Positions 1 to 9,525 of a DNA stretch of 20,000 nt are shown piece by piece. Location of the stretch: positions 47,982 through 67,981 of the forward strand of contig JARQWU010000027.1 in NCBI GenBank assembly GCA_040182905.1. The letters run 5' to 3'. Below the pieces are notes generated by a model that worked only from the letters and a program-made list of their open reading frames with translations, was not told the origin of the DNA and did not search any database. Both the position numbers and the translations under genes were made by a program. The stretch is from Barthelona sp. PAP020. Lineage: Eukaryota. Each line of letters opens with the position of its first letter. Within the stretch, counting starts at the first letter, position 1.

Positions 1-452
1 TTTCTTCTCAAAAATTAATAAAACTGGCCATATTAATTGTGTTGATACTTTAAATGACCCAAAAAAAAGCACGTAAAAACAAAAAGCAACAAGCACCTTC
101 AAACATGAAATCTTTTCTAAAAAATTCACATTCAAACAACAGTAATAAACATTATTCTTTCAAAGAGCAAAAAATAAGATGTCCCAAAAAAAAAACTTCC
201 AGACAACTTCAACCAATATCACATGTTTCCTCTTCCCTCGTAATATTTTCAACTCCGTTTATTTGTCTAACTAAATCTAATTTATTACTTCATAAAATCA
301 GAAAAAACAAAAACAAAATAGAATAATCCAATTTTCTTCAAAGATTATTGATTAAAATGACTGATCAGCAATTGTATTTCACACTAATAAATATTTAATA
401 GTTTTATTTTTATGATAAGAAGATGAAAAAAGTCAATTCAATTATCAATTTT

Positions 453-1298
453 ATGTCCACCGAAGAAACGAGAAACAAACCTATTCCAAAATCCAACACT
501 TTACCTCAAACAACTCATGTTGACCGATTTTTAAATGTTATTTCCAATATTTCATTGATTTTTTTAGTTTGTGCAACATTATTCTTGACAAATTTAAAAA
601 AACCAATACATAATTGTGAAAACGTTCATGATTTTTTTAAAATAGGTTCACTTTATGCGTACATTTCATTAAATTTATTTTTTAGCATGTTAGTTCAATG
701 GAGAAAAACTGCAACTCCTTTTATCAATATGGTGGTGGTTTTGTTTGGTATTATCATAACTGGGCCCTTCATTTTTGGTCTTTTGTTATTTTCTGGGATT
801 TGGAATGCGCAAAATTTTTCCTTTACCTATTTATTTGATGTAACCTTATATTCATTAATATATTTAGTTGTTCCTTTGTTTTCATATTTTGGCTTTAGAA
901 TTGATTGCATCTTACACATTGTTGTTCTGTTTAAACCAAGAACATATGGTGAAAGAACGATTACCACGTTATTTTGGTCAACTTTCTTTGGTATTATTGT
1001 GTCATTGTTAGCGTGTAGTTTGGGTTGGGGTGGACAATATGTTAAATTTCCTATTTCTTTCGCATATGTGATACCATCATGTTTTTGTTTTGGTTGCATG
1101 ATTAACATTGCATTCACTTTTATAAGTTTGTTCAAAAAGAAAATTAATTCAGAAGTGCCTCAAAACACTCCTGTTATTATTGAAACACCACCTAACAATG
1201 TGGGAACTCCGGTGTCGCCCATCGAAACTCCCAATGATGTTTTAGAAACAGATAAAGAGGTTCAATCCAATATTATTAGTCCAAACCCTAATTTTTAA
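453..1298 (+). CDS. PIG-F/Gpi11-like GPI-anchor biosynthesis membrane protein (start at 453, or at 423)
   Basis: Multiple hydrophobic helices. The C-terminal STFFGIIVSLLACSLGWGGQYVKFPIS aligns by eye with the PIG-F signature G.W.GA.PIPLDW.RPWQ.WPIS. A Pro/Thr-rich low-complexity tail follows. Stop is TAA. Confidence 0.6.
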   Translation: MSTEETRNKPIPKSNTLPQTTHVDRFLNVISNISLIFLVCATLFLTNLKKPIHNCENVHDFFKIGSLYAYISLNLFFSMLVQWRKTATPFINMVVVLFGIIITGPFIFGLLLFSGIWNAQNFSFTYLFDVTLYSLIYLVVPLFSYFGFRIDCILHIVVLFKPRTYGERTITTLFWSTFFGIIVSLLACSLGWGGQYVKFPISFAYVIPSCFCFGCMINIAFTFISLFKKKINSEVPQNTPVIIETPPNNVGTPVSPIETPNDVLETDKEVQSNIISPNPNF

Positions 1299-1345
1299 AC
1301 GTGATGTAAATGAAGTGAAAAAAAAAATTTTTTTATTTTTTTTTA

Positions 1346-3030
1346 ATGAAGCTGACTGTCAAATTTGTGGGTAAAAAACCCTTAATATTTGAAGATGTTG
1401 ATCCAAATGTAATATTTTATGATTATTATTGTTTTTAACTAATGAATAGATAAGTATTGAAGAGTTACGAGGAATGATATCTGAGCAAATGGAAATTGAT
1501 GCACAACGTATTAAACTTATTTATACTGCGAATCAATTGGAAAATGGTAGAACGTTAAGTAGCTATGGTATTTCGGGAGAAGAAAAAGCCATTCATTGTG
1601 TTATTAGAGCACCACGTTCCACCGCTCAAAGACAGAGTACAACTTCGAATACAACCACAAATAATGAAAGTCCAGAAGAAGTCGAAAATCTTTTTCAACC
1701 AATACCAGGAAGACCAAGAAGACCAGGAAGACCTTTTTTAAATCCAAATTTACGCAGACCACGTACTCAAACATTTCGTTTTCAAGCAAATGCTAATGGA
1801 GCTACTGGTGATGAAGCAATACAAAACTTGTTACAACAATTTCTTCCTCAAGTCACTTCTTTATTTCCGAATCAAAGAGGTGATAGAAATCGATTACCAG
1901 CAACTTTAGCAATGCCTGTACATATTCCAGCAACAAGTGAAGAAAGAATGAGGCTTTTAACGTTTCCCAAGCATTTTTTTTTGTCTTTTATTTTTCATCG
2001 CTTGTTTTGGTGTCTTACCATCAACGATTTCATTAATTTACTTGATGCTTCACAACTCGATTGCATTGATAATGTCCATGCGGGTTTACGTCGTGGTCTA
2101 TTAAATCTAATGCATCGTTTGCCACCTCATGAAAGGTTAATAGAAATGCATAGTCTCAATAACATGCAAGAATTGGAAAATTGGAGTTCTTGTTTTGGAT
2201 TCACTTTACAGGAGATTATTGACTCAACAAATGGTATTTCTGAATTACGTAAAGATGTTTCTTTAACTGATTTTCCGGAGCTTGTCAGTCATTTAAGAGA
2301 TGAATTGTTAAGTATGCTTTTATCTCGTGGTGAAACGACAGGTTTGAGAGCTGGTGTAGATATTGAGACCGAATTAAGACCAATAATAACCCAATTTACT
2401 GTTCGAGTTGTTGCAGGTATTTTAAGTGACCCTGCTACCAATGCATTTTCCCTACAACATTGTTTGATGTTTGCAGGTAGTCAAGCTGTACGTGCCATTC
2501 TACAAGAGAGAGGACCTGGATGGTTTGTACAAGGACAAAGTGGCGTCAGACAATGGATTGTTAGTGTTGCTCAAAATTCTGGAGATGATGATGATGCTCA
2601 TGGAACTACAGTTGTGGAAACCTTAAACAAGTGGATTCGTGTTCTTTTAGAGTATAATGTTGAAAATCATGCTTCTCATGATATTAGAGAACCAACTAAA
2701 TTTCCTCCTGTTTCAATGGAAAGGCCTCTTTCTTCCAACACTTTATTACCTCAAAGATTAAGTCAATTTCCTCATCCTGAACCTTTAGATGATTGTTTAC
2801 TCTGTGCTTATGTTCGTGATTGTCTTTTGGATGAAGAAATCACTCAATATTTACCAAATAGCTCACATTTTGAAATTTCAACTGAAAATCTTCCTCCAAT
2901 AGCTTCGAATGAGGCTTGGAAATTTTTTTGTTCGGATGAACAGTTAGATATTATAAACCATGGGCTTGATATCAACATATCTGAGGAGGACCTATTGAAT
3001 GACCTGTCTAAAGACTTCTTCATGTTTTGA
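1346..3030 (+). CDS. N-terminal ubiquitin-like domain protein (BAG6-like layout possible); two exons, 1346-1408 and 1450-3030
   Basis: ATG at 1346 gives MKLTVKFVGKKPLIFEDVDPN. Removing GT...AG at 1409-1449 joins it in frame to ISIEELRGMISEQMEIDAQRIKLIYTANQLENGRTLSSYGISGEEKAIHCVIR, a complete ubiquitin-fold pattern. A Ser/Thr/Pro/Arg-rich linker and a helical C-terminal region follow. BAG6 orthology is only an inference. Confidence 0.8.
1409..1449 (+). other. 41-nt phase-0 spliceosomal intron
   Basis: 5' GTAATA; branch-point ACTAAT at 1438-1443; 3' TAG at 1447-1449. It contains an in-frame stop, and removing it restores the UBL domain. Confidence 0.85.
1704..1733 (+). repeat. 9-bp coding tandem repeat (ACCA[G/A]GAAG x3.3) encoding PGR-PRR-PGR-P
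   Basis: accaggaag accaagaag accaggaag acc is directly visible. Confidence 0.7.
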
Positions 3031-3325
3031 TGAAAAGAATAAAGACAAGATAAAAATTAAGCAAAGAATTTAATTTCTGCGGAAAATTTGAGTGCATAAA
3101 AAAGTAAATTTTGTCTATTTTTTTTTCTTGTTACTTTTACTTCTACCTTTACTGTTATATGACACAATGGTCTTTGGCCAACATGCAAAACATGCAGTTT
3201 CTTTGTAAAACAAAAAAATAACAACAATTAGGCTAAATTTATACTTTCCAAAAAAAAAACAATCATTTCTCTGATTGAACGAATCAAAAGATTATCCATA
3301 CAAATCAAACAATGCAAGAAACCTG

Positions 3326-5359
3326 TTACTTTCTAGGAGGAAATACCTTGGCTTTCAAAGCTTCATATTGATCCCATAAACTTTGATCTAATAAAGGCAA
3401 ATCACCCGATTTGTTCAACCTTTTCATAGCTTCAATCTTCAAAATATACTTTGTAGCTTCTCTTTTAACATTTGTAATTTTTTTGAGTCTTATTACACCA
3501 AGAGGATCCTTATCAACTTTAGTTTTTTCACCTGGTGCATCCTCCAAATAATCGTCCCCATGATTATCGGCATCATTTTCATGAGTATCATTTAATTCTT
3601 CAAGGTCTTCATCTTCTTCTTCTTTGTGATCCGCAACAGCAATTTCTTCCAAACTGTCTTTATAATGATCAAAACCAAAAGCTTCCAGATCAAACAATAC
3701 ACTCAAAATACCGACAGCTCCCAATAAATAATCGTTATGCCAAGTTCTGTTGGCTATAGACCGATAAGATTCAATAAATGGCACATATGTACCTATTGAA
3801 ACAATAGGATAATGGAAAGCTTCGTAATAAAACTCATCAAATTGATCGAAGGTGTCAAAGATCACATCGTAGTACTTCAATGCTTCAGCAAACTTCCCTT
3901 CTTGTAAAAAGTGAGGGGCAATCAACTTAGCAATCCAAACGATGTTACTACTGACCACGTGAGATGTCAAAGTATCTGAAGGATGAATCCAATGTTTGTA
4001 AGCTTTCAATCCAGCAGTAACATCTTTTTTTAATAACAGTTTTACTATTAAATTATGGGAATACCTGTCAATATCATCGACTTCCTCCAACAGATAAGCA
4101 AATTCTAGAGCTTTGTCAATATCACTAATTTCAAAGAATCTCATGGACAAATAGTAATAATTTCTTGTTTCTAACTTATCAACTGCAAGAGATTCATACA
4201 CTTTTTCAAACGCTTCAATATTTCCAACAGTGAAATAGAAATCAGCAAGGGTTAATTTATAGTTTTCCTCTTCTTCATTCTCTTGAATGATCTTTAACAA
4301 TATACTTTCAAAAATTTCAGTATTTGTCTTGAAAATTGCCATATTTTCCACATCTCTAATGCAAGAAATTTTTCCACACCTGATTCTTAAATGTTTTTCC
4401 AATTCTTCTCTAAAAATATCAGCAAAATCAACATTTTTACTTAAATATTCCAAATAAAACAATTTCAATGGCAAACTATTATACTTTCCAACTAAATTCT
4501 CTAAAACATCCTTTCTTTCTTTCAATTCATCAAACAACTCCAAATACTCGTTGATACATCCAACATTTGAACAATTCCACTCAATTTTTTTTTCATATAT
4601 CTCCTTCAATAAATCATACTGCTTTAATTCTTTATATGCTTTGATTAAAAGATCCATTTGTTGAGATTTGTTAGAAATACTCTCATTCTTTAATATTTCC
4701 AAAGATTCTTCATATTTACCTGCTTCTTGATACAAAAAAGCCTTATACAAATAAAATTCAGACATCTTAAAATTGTTATACTTCTGTTGACCTTTTGAAA
4801 TCAATTCTTCCCAATCGTTAATAATCTCACAAGCTTGATTAACATCACCAAACAGATGTGTGGAAACACAAAACATTGCCCAATTAGCAGCCCTTTCAGG
4901 ACGTAGATTAAGCATCTTTCTGCGATAATTCAATAGATCTTTCATTGATCGCAATGAAAAATAACATTCACCTAATTTAGCGTACAAAGTGAAAAGCTCA
5001 TTGTTATCACAATATTTCACACCATTGTCAAATGCTTTGATTGCCAATTTATGTTGTTTATCTGATTTATAAACAGTACCTAATGCTTGCCAAGCCAATC
5101 TGGAATTGGGTAAAAATTTAGTTGCTTTTAAAGCATTGTCCAAAGCTTCTTCATGATTCTTTTTAGAATCACTACCATTCAATAATAAAGCATGTAAGGT
5201 CAATAAATCACCATTTTCAGGATACAAAGCCAATAATGGTTTTAAAACCTTTAATCCAGCCTGATAATTTCTTTGATCAAAATTCTGAACAACTTTTTGA
5301 AAAATTGTCTTTGATTTGTTATCTAAGCCACTACCTGGTTCATGTGGTGTCAAACTCAT
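3326..5359 (-). CDS. NAA15: N-terminal acetyltransferase A (NatA) auxiliary subunit, Naa15/Nat1 (TPR-rich)
   Basis: The first ATG is at 5359 (MSLTPHEP); the track's 5422 start is a TTG. Naa15-type motifs: FQKVVQNFDQRNYQAGLK, YPENGDLLTL, RRKMLNLRPERAANW, FKMSEFYLYKA, DDIDRY, IFDTFDQFDEFYYEAFHY, DKDPLG. Confidence 0.88.
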   Translation of the reverse strand: MSLTPHEPGSGLDNKSKTIFQKVVQNFDQRNYQAGLKVLKPLLALYPENGDLLTLHALLLNGSDSKKNHEEALDNALKATKFLPNSRLAWQALGTVYKSDKQHKLAIKAFDNGVKYCDNNELFTLYAKLGECYFSLRSMKDLLNYRRKMLNLRPERAANWAMFCVSTHLFGDVNQACEIINDWEELISKGQQKYNNFKMSEFYLYKAFLYQEAGKYEESLEILKNESISNKSQQMDLLIKAYKELKQYDLLKEIYEKKIEWNCSNVGCINEYLELFDELKERKDVLENLVGKYNSLPLKLFYLEYLSKNVDFADIFREELEKHLRIRCGKISCIRDVENMAIFKTNTEIFESILLKIIQENEEEENYKLTLADFYFTVGNIEAFEKVYESLAVDKLETRNYYYLSMRFFEISDIDKALEFAYLLEEVDDIDRYSHNLIVKLLLKKDVTAGLKAYKHWIHPSDTLTSHVVSSNIVWIAKLIAPHFLQEGKFAEALKYYDVIFDTFDQFDEFYYEAFHYPIVSIGTYVPFIESYRSIANRTWHNDYLLGAVGILSVLFDLEAFGFDHYKDSLEEIAVADHKEEEDEDLEELNDTHENDADNHGDDYLEDAPGEKTKVDKDPLGVIRLKKITNVKREATKYILKIEAMKRLNKSGDLPLLDQSLWDQYEALKAKVFPPRK

Positions 5360-5557
5360 ATTTGATAAAACCCCAAACAAAAAAACTTTAAAAAATTTTA
5401 TATTTTCAACAATAATTTTCAACTTTTGCCCAATAATATTAATTTACTATGAATAAACGATTTTTGGAATTATTTAAAATATCATAAATCCTTGAAAAAA
5501 AGAAAAAAAATTATTGAAAAAAGAAAAAAAATTTGGTTGTTCATTTTTTGGGAAAGG

Positions 5558-6142
5558 ATGATGCCCGTTCCGAGTCTAGTGGCCTTTATTGGTCCTTCTT
5601 GTTCAGGGAAAAATACTCATATCGAATTAATCAGAGAAAATTATCCAGAATTTCAATTTGTTCATTGTATTAGTCATACAACACGTGGTCCACGCAATGG
5701 TGAAATTGATGGAAAAGATTATTTCTTTGTTTCAAAAGATGAATTCTTAAATATGATTGATAATGATGAATTTGTAGAGCATGCAGAGATTCATGGTAAT
5801 TTCTATGGTACTTCAAAATCAACAATTAGAAATTTACTAAAAGATGGAAAAAGAATACTTTTTGACATAGATATTCAAGGAAGACGTTCTTTTTTAAAAA
5901 CAGAATTTGATTTATTTGTTATTGGTCTACGTGCACCTCTTTCTGTTTTAAAACAAAGATTAATTGATAGAGGTACTGAAAACGTTGAAGCAATGGAAAG
6001 ACGTTTGAATACTTCAAAAAGAGAATTAGATATCATGGAGAATGAGCCAGATTTATTCAATGTCATTCATGAGAATGTTGAAGATATCGAGACCACACAT
6101 ATTCAATTGTGCAAATATTTAGGTTTACGCTGTGAGTTGTAA
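5558..6142 (+). CDS. GUK1: Guanylate kinase
   Basis: P-loop GPSCSGKNT; signature SHTTRGPRNGEIDGKDYFFVS; EHAEIHGNFYGTS; DIDIQG; LKQRLIDRGTE. The first ATG is at 5558; the track's 5492 start is a TTG. Confidence 0.95.
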   Translation: MMPVPSLVAFIGPSCSGKNTHIELIRENYPEFQFVHCISHTTRGPRNGEIDGKDYFFVSKDEFLNMIDNDEFVEHAEIHGNFYGTSKSTIRNLLKDGKRILFDIDIQGRRSFLKTEFDLFVIGLRAPLSVLKQRLIDRGTENVEAMERRLNTSKRELDIMENEPDLFNVIHENVEDIETTHIQLCKYLGLRCEL

Positions 6143-6246
6143 ATACAAATTTTTCTTCTTTTTTGTCTTCTTGTTTAGAATGATTTGCCTGCACAACGAA
6201 ATCAAAAGATCAAAAACAATAATAATAAATTTACAAGTCGAAGTGC

Positions 6247-6783
6247 TCAATTATATGATCTGGATGGTAGTTCATCTTGATTCATAATCAACTGACCATA
6301 TATCCTGTTCGATTCATCCTTTTCCAGTTGACTAATGGGGCTTGAATCTAAAATTTCTAAATTAGGCATTTTGTGAATAACAAAATGGCGATAATCAGAA
6401 TATTCCTTTGGAGTTTTCATGGAAAAATAATTCGGACAACAATCATTTTGTAAAAGGGATAAATATCTTAATTTTGGTGTTCTAATTGATAAAATATTCA
6501 ACAAAGCGGTTAAATTTTTGATGGAATTTTGATTCAACATGAGATTCTCCAATTTTAATAAAAATGGTAAACGTAGATTGTGTGTAAGATTATTATCATC
6601 TAAAATTAATGTTTGTAAATTTGGAAAGGTGTCTAAAATCGATAAATCCAATGATAAAGAATTGTGTGACAAATCAATAGACAAAATCGAACGTTTTCTA
6701 TTTTGATATTCTCTTGCTTCTAATAAACTTAAATTGGACAAATTTTTAGAAGATAGATCAATAGAACCAGTGGGTGCAGGCAT
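6247..6783 (-). CDS. Small leucine-rich-repeat protein with LRRcap, LRMDA (C10orf11)-like
   Basis: LxxLxLxxNxL repeats (IDLSHNSL, LQTLILDDNNL, LENLMLNQNSI, LRYLSLLQN), then CPN...YRHFVIHKMPNLEILD cap as in LRMDA/U2A'-type proteins. Confidence 0.8.
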   Translation of the reverse strand: MPAPTGSIDLSSKNLSNLSLLEAREYQNRKRSILSIDLSHNSLSLDLSILDTFPNLQTLILDDNNLTHNLRLPFLLKLENLMLNQNSIKNLTALLNILSIRTPKLRYLSLLQNDCCPNYFSMKTPKEYSDYRHFVIHKMPNLEILDSSPISQLEKDESNRIYGQLIMNQDELPSRSYN

Positions 6784-7386
6784 CTATTTCGAAAAACAAA
6801 TGATATTTGTGAATTTATCTTCCGTTTTCACAAGTATTTCAAAATCAACAATAATTTAAAACAATGTTTATTGAAATAATCACCTTTAAATTAAAAAAAC
6901 AACTGCCTTTTATAATTATTTTGAGAGAATTACAAAATATTTCACAAAATCACTATTGAACAATCATTCTTATTTTTTGACGAACAAAAGTCACTATACA
7001 AGAATAAAAAAATTATCAACTTATTGAAATTAATCAAAACACTCAATATTCATATCAACTGCTTCCATGCAACAAAATTGATTTTTTCCAACTTGCAAAA
7101 TAACAAAAAACTAAGATTGAAAATATCTTTTCAGTATATCATTTTCAATTTATGTGAAACTAAACAGTATACATCAAAAGGCCTTTAAGTTCTAAAAAAA
7201 AACAAAATCATTTGAAAATTAACGAAAACAAAAAAAAAAATAAATATCAAATATTAATGTTTTTCAGTGGCCAATACCCTCATTTTTGTCATTTGTTTAC
7301 AAAAGGATTCTTTTCAAATTAAAAATTTTTTTTGGAAATCAAGTCTATAAATAATCTTCCTTGTTTGTATTTTTTTGATAATCAGA

Positions 7387-7710
7387 ATGAGATTGTCCAC
7401 CACTGTTTTGATATTATTTGTTGTTACAACTGCCTTTGCTTTGGATTTGAAGTTTCAACATCACACAGTTTCAAAATTTAATGCGCCTTCAAAATTGTTT
7501 GACCAACAGCATGTTCATGTTGAAGAATTTGTTCCAAATATGAGTTCTAGTGATTCTAGTTCATCATCAAGTTCTTCTTCCAGTTCTAGCTCTAGTTCTA
7601 GTTCCTCAAGCTCAAGTTCAAGTTCTTCTTCAAGTTCTTCTTCCAGCTCTTCTTCTAGTTCTAGTTCTAGTTCCAGTTCCAGTTCAAGCTCTTCATCTTC
7701 TATTTTTTGA
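7387..7710 (+). CDS. Small predicted secreted protein with a 49-residue poly-serine tract
   Basis: Signal-peptide-like MRLSTTVLILFVVTTAFA/LD. The Ser tract uses mixed codons (TCT, TCA, TCC, AGT, AGC). The protein ends ...SSIF-TGA. Confidence 0.65.
   Translation: MRLSTTVLILFVVTTAFALDLKFQHHTVSKFNAPSKLFDQQHVHVEEFVPNMSSSDSSSSSSSSSSSSSSSSSSSSSSSSSSSSSSSSSSSSSSSSSSSSSSSSSIF
7543..7701 (+). repeat. Low-complexity serine-codon tract
   Basis: Runs of AGTTCT/AGTTCC/AGTTCA/TCT units. Confidence 0.85.
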
Positions 7711-7902
7711 TTGTATTTTTTTCTTTTAGTGAAAATTTTTTTTGGATGAATTGATTTTCATCCCTTGTTTCACATTTTATAAAAATGGTTGTTGTTTTTT
7801 GTTTAATAAAAAGATTTGTTTTGATCCTTTTGTTGAATTCACAGGAACAGAAACCAAACCCAAAAGGCTACATAATTATATCACTATTTATGTATTATCA
7901 GT

Positions 7903-9525
7903 ATGCAGAAACCCAATAACAAAGTAGAATTATTGATTATGATATTATCAACCATGATAATAGGCATTGACATTTATTTTCACATTAGTCCTTATAGTAC
8001 TTTTTTTGAAAGTTTAAATCGAGAAAAGGGTGAAAACAAAAGTAAAATTGATTCTTTGAGGTTCAAAACAAAAATTGATAACATAAAGGATTTAAATAAT
8101 ATACCTACCGATATATTGCTAAAGAAAGAAAAATTCCTTGTCAAATATCCTGATTATGGATACAACAATACCATCGATAAATTGAGAACAGAACAATTTC
8201 CTCATTTAAAGAATGAAACTTATTTAGATTATACTGGTTCAGGAACTTATCAAAAACGTCAAATTGAGCGTTTTTCTTCCGATTTAAGTGAACATTTGTA
8301 TGGAAATTCACATAGTCATTCTTCACCATCTTTAAGAACTGATTACGTTGTTTCACATACAAGAAAACAAATAATGGAATTTTTTAACTCAAATTTTGAT
8401 GAAAACCATGTTATTTTTACTTCAGGAGCGACAGCGGGACTTCAGACAATTGGCAGGAGTTTTAAGTGGTCGAATAAGTCAAGTTATGTCTATACACGGC
8501 ATAACCATAATTCCGTTATTGGGATCAGGTATGTTGCTAAAGAACATGGCGTTAAGTATCGTGCTTTGCATGAACTGGAGATTGATGACATTTTAATTGG
8601 TAAAAAACCAAAGCTTAACACAAGCGCTGACGCTAATCATTTATTTGCATTCCCGGCTGAATGTAACTTCTCAGGGATCAAGTATCCCCTTGAATGGATA
8701 GAGTTGATTAAAAGAGGGGGACTTGGTCCAGGCACTTGGTATGTAATATTAGATGCAGCTGCATTTTTACCAACAAATAGGTTGGATTTGAGCAAGTATA
8801 AGCCTGATTTTGTTGTCTTATCATTCTATAAGCTCTTTGGATTTCCTACGGGTATCGGTTGTTTGATTGTTAATGCTGAGGCCGAATATGCTTTACATAA
8901 GACTTTTGTTGGTGGTGGAACCATTGTGATGCAATCCTGTGATTCTGATTTTTGTGTGTGGCGAGATCAATTGCACGAAAAATTCGAAGATGGGACCCTC
9001 AATTTCCTTGATATATTGGGGGTAAAATATGGTTTGGAAGTAATTAATGATTTGGGTATGGATAACATAAATATGCATGTGTGGAGCTTAACAGAGTATG
9101 CTTATGACCAATTATCGAGTTTAAGACATAAAAATGGAAAGAAAGTGATGGAATTTTACGGAAAACACCACTTACATGACTCTTCTAAACAAGGAGGCAT
9201 TTTGTCTTTCAATTTTAAGCGTCCAGACGGTTCGTATTTGTTTTATACTGAAGCCGACCAAAATTTTGGATCTGTTGATATTCATGTTCGCACAGGAGCT
9301 CATTGCAATCCTGGTGCCTGTTTCGATTCATTAAATCTGGATATGTGCAAGTTAGAAGATATTTTTACCAAAAAAACCCATTGCGCGGATGAAATTGATA
9401 GTATAGAAGGCAATCCCCTAGGTGCTTTGAGAGTTTCGATTGGTTATCCATCTACTTTTGAAGATATCAACAGGTTAATAGATTTTGTCAAAGAAAGCTT
9501 TGTGGATATTCAAAACAATGTTTAA
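7903..9525 (+). CDS. Molybdenum cofactor sulfurase (MOCOS/ABA3)-like PLP-dependent class-V aminotransferase, N-terminal hydrophobic anchor, no MOSC domain
   Basis: Motifs YLDYTGSG, GNSHS, VIFTSGAT, NHNSVIGIR, LFAFPAECNFSG, LDAAAF, PDFVVLSFYKLFGFPTGIG (PLP Lys), FEDGTLNFL, RTGAHCNPGAC, GALRVSIG. The protein ends about 24 aa later. Confidence 0.88.
   Translation: MQKPNNKVELLIMILSTMIIGIDIYFHISPYSTFFESLNREKGENKSKIDSLRFKTKIDNIKDLNNIPTDILLKKEKFLVKYPDYGYNNTIDKLRTEQFPHLKNETYLDYTGSGTYQKRQIERFSSDLSEHLYGNSHSHSSPSLRTDYVVSHTRKQIMEFFNSNFDENHVIFTSGATAGLQTIGRSFKWSNKSSYVYTRHNHNSVIGIRYVAKEHGVKYRALHELEIDDILIGKKPKLNTSADANHLFAFPAECNFSGIKYPLEWIELIKRGGLGPGTWYVILDAAAFLPTNRLDLSKYKPDFVVLSFYKLFGFPTGIGCLIVNAEAEYALHKTFVGGGTIVMQSCDSDFCVWRDQLHEKFEDGTLNFLDILGVKYGLEVINDLGMDNINMHVWSLTEYAYDQLSSLRHKNGKKVMEFYGKHHLHDSSKQGGILSFNFKRPDGSYLFYTEADQNFGSVDIHVRTGAHCNPGACFDSLNLDMCKLEDIFTKKTHCADEIDSIEGNPLGALRVSIGYPSTFEDINRLIDFVKESFVDIQNNV

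Noticed and set aside
54..326. 90-aa Lys/Asn-rich ORF
   Set aside because: Its composition reflects A-rich intergenic sequence and it has no recognisable motif.
5360..5557. TTG-initiated N-terminal extensions of NAA15 (5422) and guanylate kinase (5492)
   Set aside because: The context is eukaryotic, the extensions are translated A/T runs, and homology begins after the first ATG.
7543..7705. Antisense Glu/Leu-repeat frame (ELELEEE...)
   Set aside because: It is the complement of Ser codons; the plus strand has the ATG and signal peptide.
827..9078. Short ORFs overlapping real genes (827-1135, 1604-1789, 3535-3759, 5875-6066, 7742-7927, 8141-8362, 8396-8596, 8893-9078)
   Set aside because: These are antisense, alternate-frame or intergenic shadows of well-supported CDSs.
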